IMG/VR virus record: IMGVR_UViG_3300042465_005116
Span: 64,001-128,000 of that record
Strand: one strand, 5' to 3'
DNA: 64,000 nt
From: a virus
Lineage: Duplodnaviria > Caudoviricetes
In this document: positions 50,140 through 58,374 of the stretch, one piece after another
Position numbering within the stretch: the stretch's first letter is position 1
How the letters are laid out: each line of letters starts with the position of its first letter
The notes under the pieces: generated by a model
Databases searched by the model: none
What the model was told of the DNA's origin: nothing
The model's input: only the letters and a program-made list of their open reading frames with translations
Made by a program: the position numbers and the translations under genes

Positions 50140-50654
50140 ATGATATTAAATTTTGCTTTCTTTTTAGAAAACCATATTATCAATACATCTCGTTCCCCAC
50201 TAATTATCTTTTTTACCTCGTGGGATTCACTACCGCCGTTAAACACAACATAATCTCCTTCATTTTTTAATGATACGTTTTTATCATTTATATACATTTC
50301 ACCACCTGTAAAATCAGATGATAATAGGATACTAATCGTCTTATGTGTTGTAAATCTATCTTTATGTTTTTTAGCATAACCATTTTCACCATATATCAAT
50401 CTATGCATTATATATAAGTTATCAATTGGTTCTTCAAATTTATTACAAATAAATTCATTTAAATTTTTATTTTCTAAAGTATATACCCAACTATTATTTG
50501 GAAAAAGAGAAACACCTTCATCTTTTTTAAGATGGGTTGCAAAATACAATTGAGGGTGGGATGCTTTTATGTATGCTAAGTCTTCCTCATTCATTATTCT
50601 AGTAGTACTTAATTCTGATTTTAAAAAAAGTAAATCTTCTGTTGATAATTTCAT
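50136..50654 (-). CDS. 2OG-Fe(II) oxygenase
   Basis: HKD, FTGGE, HEVKKIISGERDVLIIW. Confidence 0.82.
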   Translation of the reverse strand: MKLSTEDLLFLKSELSTTRIMNEEDLAYIKASHPQLYFATHLKKDEGVSLFPNNSWVYTLENKNLNEFICNKFEEPIDNLYIMHRLIYGENGYAKKHKDRFTTHKTISILLSSDFTGGEMYINDKNVSLKNEGDYVVFNGGSESHEVKKIISGERDVLIIWFSKKKAKFNII

Positions 50655-51283
50655 ATAAGTTTATTTTTTTTATTTTCAAATTCTACAACCAATTCGTCTA
50701 TATTTAAAAATTGGTGGAGTTTAAGATAAAAATCATAACAACCTTTTGAACCGGGATGCCAATCTATCGGGTCACCACCTTCATCTGCTATAGAAGTTAC
50801 TTTTATTAATTCTACAAACTCCTTTGTCTTTTCATAAAAATCATCGTTCCATGTTACAAAGATTGGTTCATATTTTTTATAAAAATATTTTAATTTTTTA
50901 ATAAATAATATTTCAGAATCCCTATCCCCATTATGCCAATGTTCAGTTTCTTTGACCCTTAGTTCTAATAGTTTTTTAGCAAACGATTTATCACTATACC
51001 ATTCCCAATTTAAATATTTTAAGTTGTGATTTGTATCTCTTTCCCCAAAATATCTTCGTGGGAATCTGCCGGGTGCGGTAAATACTATAACTAATCTATC
51101 GCCTTCTACATAATTTGGTATATTTCCAGTTTGATATAATATAGAATTATTGTCAGACCCAAATTTTCCCAATTTAATAACATTATAATGATTAGATAAA
51201 TAATCTGTCCAATGTATTTCTGGTAAATCCCAATCTACAAAACTATCACCACAAATGTATATGTTATTTTTTTTATTTGACAC
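50651..51283 (-). CDS. SGNH/GDSL-like protein
   Basis: CGDSF, GSDN, C-terminal DWHPG. Confidence 0.6.
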   Translation of the reverse strand: MSNKKNNIYICGDSFVDWDLPEIHWTDYLSNHYNVIKLGKFGSDNNSILYQTGNIPNYVEGDRLVIVFTAPGRFPRRYFGERDTNHNLKYLNWEWYSDKSFAKKLLELRVKETEHWHNGDRDSEILFIKKLKYFYKKYEPIFVTWNDDFYEKTKEFVELIKVTSIADEGGDPIDWHPGSKGCYDFYLKLHQFLNIDELVVEFENKKNKLI

Positions 51284-51813
51284 TATATAATAGTTTTATT
51301 TGTTGGGCTATTTCCTTTTCTTAATCGGCCGGGCCCATTTAAATCAAATATATCTTCGTAATATGTTATAGGTATATTAATACTTTTAGAAATAAATTCT
51401 AAATCAGTATGATACGAAAGAACTTGTTCATATCTCCATTGGTCATGTGGAGTAGTCTTCCAAAGATAATTTTCATAAAACATAAATTTTTTCATATCAT
51501 GATAATAATTTAAATAAGCCCAACTTTCTCCACACGCTTTTAAATCTTTTCTTGATAATAAAATAACTTCATCAAATTCTTTTGTTAAATTTATTAACCA
51601 CTCAATCCTATCTTCTTGTTTAATTTCATCCAAACTTTGAAAAACAAGTGTTTTAACTACAATATTATTTTCGTTAGAATTATATCTTTCAATACCAATG
51701 CTTAGTGGATTAAATGGTTCAAATAAATATTTTTTTATATTGTATTTTTTTCTCATCGTTTCCCCTAAACTCGTAGAACCTGTTCTCGGTAATGCAATTA
51801 TTAAAATTTTCAT
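51283..51813 (-). CDS. Short sulfotransferase-like protein, paralogue of 49645..50139
   Basis: IIALPRTGSTSL, LFEPFN, ILLSRKD, ITYYEDI, RLRKG. Confidence 0.65.
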   Translation of the reverse strand: MKILIIALPRTGSTSLGETMRKKYNIKKYLFEPFNPLSIGIERYNSNENNIVVKTLVFQSLDEIKQEDRIEWLINLTKEFDEVILLSRKDLKACGESWAYLNYYHDMKKFMFYENYLWKTTPHDQWRYEQVLSYHTDLEFISKSINIPITYYEDIFDLNGPGRLRKGNSPTNKTII

Positions 51814-52376
51814 AACAATGTTTTATTAGATTTTAATTTAGGATAATCAAAATCAGTTTCCGTCATCCAAATATTTAATGCGTAACGCGTACCACTTACA
51901 ACTGGTAGTACTCCATGATAAGTAGTCGAACCATTAAATGATATGGAATCTCCTAATTTCAAATCGGATAGTGTTAATCCATTTAATGTTTCAAAATGAT
52001 AAGGAGGATTCACATCTTCGGTTAAAGCAAATTGACCCCCTTCAAAATTATCAGAAAGAACAATTACTGTGGTTAATTCACTTGATTTATCCTTATGTAG
52101 ATTAAGATATCTACCATCATAATATGAAGTTAGACTGATATTAAAATTCTTTAAATTAAATGATAGGTAATCAAACCATAATTTAAAGTTTCCGTTTTTA
52201 TAATTATCGGTTAATAAATTAATTATTCTTTTTTTAAATTCTTCATCATACATTCTTCTACAATCCCAATGTTCGGTTGGACTATATGAAAAGGGTTCAC
52301 CAAATTTAAGACAAAAATCAATTATATCATTGGCAGTTTCTCTATTACAAAAATTATTATTTATGGTATAATTCAT
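51810..52376 (-). CDS. 2OG-Fe(II) oxygenase
   Basis: LHKD, FEGGQF, HGVLPVVSGTRYALNIW. Confidence 0.85.
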   Translation of the reverse strand: MNYTINNNFCNRETANDIIDFCLKFGEPFSYSPTEHWDCRRMYDEEFKKRIINLLTDNYKNGNFKLWFDYLSFNLKNFNISLTSYYDGRYLNLHKDKSSELTTVIVLSDNFEGGQFALTEDVNPPYHFETLNGLTLSDLKLGDSISFNGSTTYHGVLPVVSGTRYALNIWMTETDFDYPKLKSNKTLL

Positions 52377-53194
52377 AATAGATGCGAATTTTTTGGTTTA
52401 GTATGTGTTAATAAATTACCTTCACTTATAAATTTATATAATTCATCGGCAATTAATTTATATCCATTATTACTTGGATGTTTACCTGCGGTAGTACTTA
52501 TCCAATTATTACCATCCTCCCATACATCTTTTCTATTGGTATCAATTAATAAATTTGCCATTGTTTTAGTTTGATAACCCCAATATTTATCACTCTCGAT
52601 TAAATTGGTTTTATCAACTAACTTATGAATATTTTTATTAATCATTATATCAAACGCGTCACAAAAAAGATATCTGATTCCTAATTCTTTAAATATAAAT
52701 TGAAGATGTAAAATATAGTTTTGATTCACTATATCATAGTAAGTATCATTGAATAAATTACCTATGTAATAATCTCTAAAATTTTTTTCCGCCCTATTAT
52801 AGTTTATATTATCACTATTAACTCCATCAAAAATATACTTTAAAAGGTGTTCTTTACTTTTATATCGTTTGCCCCATATAAAAAAATCATCTTTGGTTGG
52901 GAAAAAAGGTAACGGGTCTCTTAGAGAAGATGACCACATAATAACAACAAAATCATCTTGAGTGATGATTTCATTTTTTAACTGATAAGATACTGCGTTA
53001 AATATTGCATTATTTGAGAATGCACCAACTCCATTATTTTTAACTTCACATTTTAATAGTTCTGATAAGTGTTTCGGCCAACAATATTTTTGTCTTATTA
53101 TTGTCCTTTGTTCTGGATTATCAGTAGTATATTCATCTTCAATATTTCCACCAACCCCCTCAGTCCAACTATCCCCAAAGGTAAACAATTTCAT
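52373..53194 (-). CDS. SGNH/GDSL-like protein
   Basis: FGDSWTEG, NNGVGAFSN, C-terminal KHPSNNGY. Confidence 0.65.
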   Translation of the reverse strand: MKLFTFGDSWTEGVGGNIEDEYTTDNPEQRTIIRQKYCWPKHLSELLKCEVKNNGVGAFSNNAIFNAVSYQLKNEIITQDDFVVIMWSSSLRDPLPFFPTKDDFFIWGKRYKSKEHLLKYIFDGVNSDNINYNRAEKNFRDYYIGNLFNDTYYDIVNQNYILHLQFIFKELGIRYLFCDAFDIMINKNIHKLVDKTNLIESDKYWGYQTKTMANLLIDTNRKDVWEDGNNWISTTAGKHPSNNGYKLIADELYKFISEGNLLTHTKPKNSHLL

Positions 53195-53205
53195 AATGCA
53201 TAATA

Positions 53206-53349
53206 TTAAAGATGTGTTTCTTTAATTTTAGCTACAACTGCTTGAAATGCAGATGCTATTTTTGTTTTAACATCGGTTGATAAAGAACCAATAACCGGTT
53301 TAATAACGGTAAGTGGTCTTTCTTCTTTAATTTTTGGTGTCTTTGCCAT
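53206..53349 (-). CDS. 47-aa basic amphipathic peptide (absent from ORF track)
   Basis: MAKTPKIKEERPLTVIKPVIGSLSTDVKTKIASAFQAVVAKIKETHL fills the gap after the ATP-grasp-Hint gene. Confidence 0.65.
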   Translation of the reverse strand: MAKTPKIKEERPLTVIKPVIGSLSTDVKTKIASAFQAVVAKIKETHL

Positions 53350-53379
53350 AATATTTTTTTATTTTAATTTTTATTTTAA

Positions 53380-54867
53380 TTAAAGTTTAGGTGGGAGCCC
53401 TTGATTACAAACCGGACACCAGCTACTACAAGGACCAGACCCGCAATAATAACTACCACATCCCCAACAACCATTATGCATCACACTAAATACTCCATCT
53501 CCTATATCCGCTAAAAATAAATCACCTGGTTCAAAGTCTAATGAATATATTGTTTTATATTCAAACACCATTTCTAATCCAGTAATTTCAATGGTTGTTA
53601 ATTCATTTGTATTTATATCGGTTACAACTAATTTATCGCCAATATATAAACTATTTACTTTTTCAAATCTAGTTGCGGTTGAATCTTTTTCTTCAATATA
53701 ATACACACATGATGGAGTATCACTCCAAGTTTTACCATCTGCAAGTGTTATCTGTATCATTACCGTTTCAACTGATGCAGATACCATTGCCGTTAATTCG
53801 GATTGTAATGATGTTAAGGTATCGTTTGATTGCTGTAGTGTACTATCCCATCCATATGTCACTATTTCATTTGTAAAAGCTTTAGCTTCATTTTCATTTG
53901 AATCTATAAAATTTATAGAACGAACATGGTCACCTAATTGTATAGTACTAACATTTGTTAATGAACCATCATAGTTTAGGATATTTGAATCATCATCGGT
54001 ATGGTAATCGTTCTCAGTTTTACCTATTTCCTTTGTAATATATTTATATCTTGTTTTTTGATTTAATTTTTTGGTGCCAGTAACAAATTCATCAGCGGTA
54101 AACGAAACTGGTATTATTGAAGATTGAGTGTATCCACCCATATTAATAATATCTAAATTTGAACCATATATAATATCAATTCCTCTTATAATTGAGTATC
54201 TACCGTCTACCAAATTATCCTCTGAAAATATGAATTCTTGTATTAAATAATTACTTTCCGTTAAATTTATGGTATCAACTAATTCAGTATTATTTGAAAC
54301 TGTATATAATGCAGGATATTGTGTTTTATCGTACTGAGGATAACGATATTTTATTAATATGTTTGGATTTGTGGTAGTAGTATAATCTACTTCATCTAAT
54401 GTATTTAAATTTAATGTATCAGATGTATAATTCGTTTTTGGAATATACCCCGAATCTTTCATTAAATTAAAAAATTCAAATTTATCAGCACAATACGTTT
54501 CATCCACTAATGCGGTTGTATCAAACGCCTGTCTTAAAATAAATTTAGTATCAGTATCTTCTATAAATGGTACAGTAACCGAACCTTGCGGTACAGCATG
54601 GTCAATATATGTTATATTATTTTCTACACATTTTTCTTGTAATATTTTTTTAAATCTATTTGGTTGATTTAAGGGTTTGTGTGAATCGCCTTCTGTCCAT
54701 ATATAATGGAACTCAGTAATATTATTACTACTTAACATATTGAATAACGTAGTATAATCTAATAAATCTGCACCATCATTATAAATTGTGGTATTTGTGT
54801 TTATTTCTAAAAACTTAACCGAATTATTTTTTTGTAGATAATCACTACCAATTATTGTTGCTTTCAT
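53380..54867 (-). CDS. Circularly permuted ATP-grasp-like ligase fused to a Hint-like domain and a 30-aa six-Cys C-terminal peptide
   Basis: N-terminal GSDY..VKFLEINTN, YIPKT, ILIKY, YLIQEFI (ATP-grasp elements); ILNYDGS...IQLGDHVRS...IYSLDFEPGDLFLA...VMHN (Hint blocks); tail GCWGCGSYYCGSGPCSSWCPVCNQGLPPKL. Confidence 0.68.
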   Translation of the reverse strand: MKATIIGSDYLQKNNSVKFLEINTNTTIYNDGADLLDYTTLFNMLSSNNITEFHYIWTEGDSHKPLNQPNRFKKILQEKCVENNITYIDHAVPQGSVTVPFIEDTDTKFILRQAFDTTALVDETYCADKFEFFNLMKDSGYIPKTNYTSDTLNLNTLDEVDYTTTTNPNILIKYRYPQYDKTQYPALYTVSNNTELVDTINLTESNYLIQEFIFSEDNLVDGRYSIIRGIDIIYGSNLDIINMGGYTQSSIIPVSFTADEFVTGTKKLNQKTRYKYITKEIGKTENDYHTDDDSNILNYDGSLTNVSTIQLGDHVRSINFIDSNENEAKAFTNEIVTYGWDSTLQQSNDTLTSLQSELTAMVSASVETVMIQITLADGKTWSDTPSCVYYIEEKDSTATRFEKVNSLYIGDKLVVTDINTNELTTIEITGLEMVFEYKTIYSLDFEPGDLFLADIGDGVFSVMHNGCWGCGSYYCGSGPCSSWCPVCNQGLPPKL

Positions 54868-54931
54868 AAATATTTTATTTATTTCTTCTGAATGTATCTA
54901 TAAATATATTAAAATTGAATTTAAGACCATT

Positions 54932-55234
54932 TTAAATGATGGTGGGATTTTTTTTAATTTCTAGAGGTTCTAAATAGTTAGAATCAACTTCATTCCATTT
55001 TTTTAATCCACATGCATTATAAGTTGTTGAAAATACTTTTTTATTCAATGGACACCCACATTCACCACAATATGCACTCCATTTTATTCCCTTTATTACT
55101 TCCTTTCTATAATCACATCCTAAACAAACATCAAGTCTTAATTTAGCTAATTCCTCTTGTTGAATATTTGGGTTGTATGAAATTTTCCAAGCTTCAAATA
55201 TTTCTTTATAATTAATCTTAGGTATAAGGGGCAT
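54932..55234 (-). CDS. Small Cys-rich putative metal-binding protein
   Basis: CLGC, CGECGC, CGLKKW. Confidence 0.65.
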   Translation of the reverse strand: MPLIPKINYKEIFEAWKISYNPNIQQEELAKLRLDVCLGCDYRKEVIKGIKWSAYCGECGCPLNKKVFSTTYNACGLKKWNEVDSNYLEPLEIKKNPTII

Positions 55235-55235
55235 A

Positions 55236-55973
55236 TTATATTAATGTTTTATTATTTTTTTGAATATCGTAATAATCATAAATATCGTTATATTTTTTTA
55301 TAAACTCATCATTTAATTTTAATTCACATTCAAAGTGTTGACTTCCGTTTGATTTTTCCATTTTAAATGGTTTACCGGTTTTATTAGATACCCATTCCTC
55401 TAATTCTCCAAAATTTCCAAATTCAAACCATTTTATTCTTTTGTTATTATTATGCCAATATGATACCGGCCGGAATAAAATTAATAAAATATTTTCCATA
55501 TAATCATCAACATACTTTTCTATTCCATTTCTTTTTGTAAATTCTTTAATTACTAACATTTGAGAAGTTGGTGAGATTAAATCTAAATCTTTAAAAAATA
55601 ATATATCATCTATATTTAATTTTTTAAGTACATTTACTAATTCGGTTGGATATTTTATACGTTCCATTTCGACCAAATCAATTATATGTTTCCACAATGA
55701 AATGAATCGTTCATATCTATTTCTTTTAATTGTTATAATGTCATATTCATTTCCAAATTTGGTAATCAAACCATTTAATGATTCATGACTATGTACCATA
55801 TAATCGGCCAACTCCTCATTACTCATAGATAAATCTATTCTACTCTTCCATTTATTAATGAATTTTTGGTCAAGATATTTTATATCAAATTCACTTCTTA
55901 AACATGATATATAAAAAGAAGTTGATGCACATCTTGGTAATGAAATAAATAAAAATTTATTCTCTACTAACAC
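55236..55973 (-). CDS. Sulfotransferase family protein
   Basis: FISLPRCASTS, KRNRYERFISLW. Confidence 0.7.
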   Translation of the reverse strand: MLVENKFLFISLPRCASTSFYISCLRSEFDIKYLDQKFINKWKSRIDLSMSNEELADYMVHSHESLNGLITKFGNEYDIITIKRNRYERFISLWKHIIDLVEMERIKYPTELVNVLKKLNIDDILFFKDLDLISPTSQMLVIKEFTKRNGIEKYVDDYMENILLILFRPVSYWHNNNKRIKWFEFGNFGELEEWVSNKTGKPFKMEKSNGSQHFECELKLNDEFIKKYNDIYDYYDIQKNNKTLI

Positions 55974-56611
55974 TATATTAACGATTTTTGGTTTTTAATA
56001 AAATCAAATCCAACATTACCTGCCATAACAATTCTATCTAACGTTGAATTTGATGCAGCATTTGGAGAATGTGGAACATCTGCCTTCATTATAATTAAAT
56101 CATCTTCTTCTGGTCTTATCCAATATTCCTTATCTTCTTTTGATTTAAAATATAAAACACCGTCATCACCATTCATTATATCTGGCATTTGAATGTAATA
56201 AACGTATGTATAGTGTGGAATAAAGTCTTTATTTTTTTTATTAATTTCGGTATGTATATGATATTTTTCATCAGTATAAAAATTTTCTTGTACAGGATTT
56301 TTAGAACGAACTACATTTACCCAAGCATCTGTATTAATCTTATTATAATTTATACCGATTTCATTATAAATTTCTTTACATTTATTAATACCAATTTGAA
56401 CAATTTCATCCAATTTTGTTTCTACCTTAATATCACCAATAAAATTTAAATGTTCATTCCATTCTTTTTTATAACCAAACCCATCAGTTTTAACATTAGG
56501 CTGGGATTCTATAATAGAATATGCCTCTTTTAAAAACAATTGTTTATCACTTATTCGATTTAATTTTACTTTCCAAATATAAGTTGTCTCATCAAAAAAT
56601 ATCTTTTCCAT
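55973..56611 (-). CDS. 2OG-Fe(II)-like double-stranded beta-helix protein
   Basis: AWVN, HIHTE, YTYVYYIQMP, HSP, RIVMAGN. Confidence 0.65.
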   Translation of the reverse strand: MEKIFFDETTYIWKVKLNRISDKQLFLKEAYSIIESQPNVKTDGFGYKKEWNEHLNFIGDIKVETKLDEIVQIGINKCKEIYNEIGINYNKINTDAWVNVVRSKNPVQENFYTDEKYHIHTEINKKNKDFIPHYTYVYYIQMPDIMNGDDGVLYFKSKEDKEYWIRPEEDDLIIMKADVPHSPNAASNSTLDRIVMAGNVGFDFIKNQKSLI

Positions 56612-56617
56612 ATTATA

Positions 56618-57253
56618 TTAATTTAGTTTTTTATAAAATATATCAGCTAATTCTTTATGACCTACTTCAGAAAAATGGGCATCGTTAATTACGCCATTAG
56701 TTTCATCTTGTAATCTATTTAATAAAGTTCCCACATACCAATCTGTTGGTAGTAATTGTTTTTTAAGATGAACATCAGTACATAAAGCAAAGGGTGACCA
56801 AAAAATAACTTTAATGCCTTTTAATTTAAATATAGTACTAAGTAATTTAGACCAATTAACTATTTCATCCCAATATAACCTACTCATCCTATTAATCCGA
56901 ATTTGCTCTAATGTATTTGTATCAATAAATTTATGTAATTCTAATTCAGATTGTACATGTCGAATAGTAACCCATTTGTTATTTTTTTCTAATCGAAATC
57001 GGGAAGGATGTGACCAACCTATTATAACAATATCACCACTATTTATCGTGTCCATTTTAGTAATAATAGTGTCAAATATAGTATTATTATCTGCACCTCC
57101 AACACCTAGTTGAATAACATCAGTATTTAACATGATTGCTAAATGGTCTGAAAATATTTTTGGGGTATAACCTTTCCATTCACTATATTGTTTACCCAAC
57201 CCACCTTGTTTTTCCCATGTTGTGGAAAATGAATCACCAAATACCCAAATCAT
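56618..57253 (-). CDS. SGNH/GDSL-like protein
   Basis: FGDSF, GVGGADN, IIGWSHPSR, DAHFSEVGH. Confidence 0.65.
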   Translation of the reverse strand: MIWVFGDSFSTTWEKQGGLGKQYSEWKGYTPKIFSDHLAIMLNTDVIQLGVGGADNNTIFDTIITKMDTINSGDIVIIGWSHPSRFRLEKNNKWVTIRHVQSELELHKFIDTNTLEQIRINRMSRLYWDEIVNWSKLLSTIFKLKGIKVIFWSPFALCTDVHLKKQLLPTDWYVGTLLNRLQDETNGVINDAHFSEVGHKELADIFYKKLN

Positions 57254-57813
57254 AAAAGATTTTGTTTTGTTGAATTAGTTTTAACTAATGATATCCAATT
57301 TACTAATGAATATCTAATGCCGGCTCTGATGGGAGTTACCCTATGTGTTAATCTCGAATTAAAAATATATAATGTTCCAATTTTATTTTCTATTGGTACT
57401 AACTCACCTTTAAGGTTTTTAATTTCTAATACACCACCTTCATATGAATTATTTAATTGAATTACTATCGATGTAAATCTATCTCTATATATAGTATCGG
57501 TACTATCGACATGCCAATCAAAATATTCACCTTCTTTATATTCAGTAAATTGAAAATCTCCCAAACCAGTAACTTCCATTCCATTTATATTGAAAGTTTC
57601 TCTTAATTTATTTGTTAATCTTTCATTTAAAAATCCTAAATCAGATATCCAAGCAACCGATGATTTTCTAGTTTTTTTAGTAGGTATGGTATTAGAATCA
57701 CCGGTATATACTTCTGCATCTGATAATGTTAATTCTTTTTTGCAATTATTTAAAATGAAATCACACTCTTCGGGTGATAGAAAGTTTTCAAATATGTCTA
57801 TATTGTCAATCAT
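57250..57813 (-). CDS. 2OG-Fe(II) oxygenase (PKHD-type)
   Basis: QFTEY..GEYFDWHVD, YEGGVL, HRVTPIRAGIRYSLVNW. Confidence 0.88.
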   Translation of the reverse strand: MIDNIDIFENFLSPEECDFILNNCKKELTLSDAEVYTGDSNTIPTKKTRKSSVAWISDLGFLNERLTNKLRETFNINGMEVTGLGDFQFTEYKEGEYFDWHVDSTDTIYRDRFTSIVIQLNNSYEGGVLEIKNLKGELVPIENKIGTLYIFNSRLTHRVTPIRAGIRYSLVNWISLVKTNSTKQNLL

Positions 57814-57834
57814 ATATATAAATATATAAATAAT

Positions 57835-57866
57835 AAAAAAAGGGTCACCTTTTGATGATGACCCTT
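57835..57866 (-). terminator. Rho-independent terminator after hsp20
   Basis: Minus strand AAGGGTCA-loop-TGACCCTT followed by a T-run. Confidence 0.8.
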
Positions 57867-57884
57867 ATCAGTTTTTTAATTAGA

Positions 57885-58265
57885 TTATCCGATTTTGATT
57901 TGAACTTTCTTTGGTTTTGCTTCGTCTTTTTTATCGGTTGTAATGATTAATAAACCATTATCAAATTTAGCATCTGATTTAGTTCCATCATAATCTTTAC
58001 CCAATGCAAAAGTTAAATCAATATCCGAAACCAATGAAGAACTACCTTCTTCTTTTTTTGATTTAATTAGAATTTGAGTTTCAGTAACTTCTAATTTAAT
58101 GTTCTTTGGATTGTGACCTAATACATTTAGAGTTAATTGATACTTACCATCTTCTAATACCTTACCCTCATATCTACTGAAAGTAGAATAGGTTGATGTT
58201 GATTTCCAAGTCGGTAATTCGGATTCAAATAAATCCAATAAGTTTGTAATGTTTGCTGTGTACAT
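57885..58265 (-). CDS. Small heat-shock protein Hsp20
   Basis: Alpha-crystallin pattern YQLTLNVLGH.PKNIKLEV...AKFDNGLLII. Confidence 0.85.
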   Translation of the reverse strand: MYTANITNLLDLFESELPTWKSTSTYSTFSRYEGKVLEDGKYQLTLNVLGHNPKNIKLEVTETQILIKSKKEEGSSSLVSDIDLTFALGKDYDGTKSDAKFDNGLLIITTDKKDEAKPKKVQIKIG

Positions 58266-58300
58266 AATTTTTTTATTTTAGTTAAACAATATCTCTAATA

Positions 58301-58373
58301 CTACAATTGGTATACCAAATGGTACTTTATGACATATTGTCAGTATTTTAAAATTCCATTTGACAACTTGTCA
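58301..58373 (-). promoter_or_regulatory. Two TGACA-N3-TGTCA palindromes and a sigma54-like TGG-N10-GT box upstream of hsp20
   Basis: Perfect inverted repeats at 58330-58342 and 58361-58373, 31 bp apart; minus-strand TGGTATACCAATTGT at 58317-58303. Confidence 0.6.
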
Positions 58374-58374
58374 G

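Larger units (their letters stand above)
668..57832 (-). promoter_or_regulatory. Dispersed TA(T/C)TTATA putative late-promoter motif
   Basis: Intergenic copies at 668, 9328, 14916, 16060, 18049/18055, 23173, 30295, 34339, 35373, 47898, 54899 and 57817/57825, each just upstream of a gene start. Confidence 0.7.

Noticed and set aside
53383-53472. Six-Cys peptide as a classical graspetide core or true cyclotide homologue
   Set aside because: It has no Asp/Glu for ester or amide crosslinks; the resemblance to cyclotides is limited to size, Cys count and a few residues and is probably coincidental
2113-54867. The two Hint domains as canonical splicing inteins
   Set aside because: The +1 residues are Arg and Gly rather than Cys/Ser/Thr, the second lacks Cys1, there is no endonuclease insert, and both sit at protein C-termini
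668-57832. TATAAATA on the plus strand as T4 late promoters driving plus-strand genes
   Set aside because: No plus-strand genes follow these sites; each lies just upstream of a minus-strand start, so the functional reading is TA(T/C)TTATA
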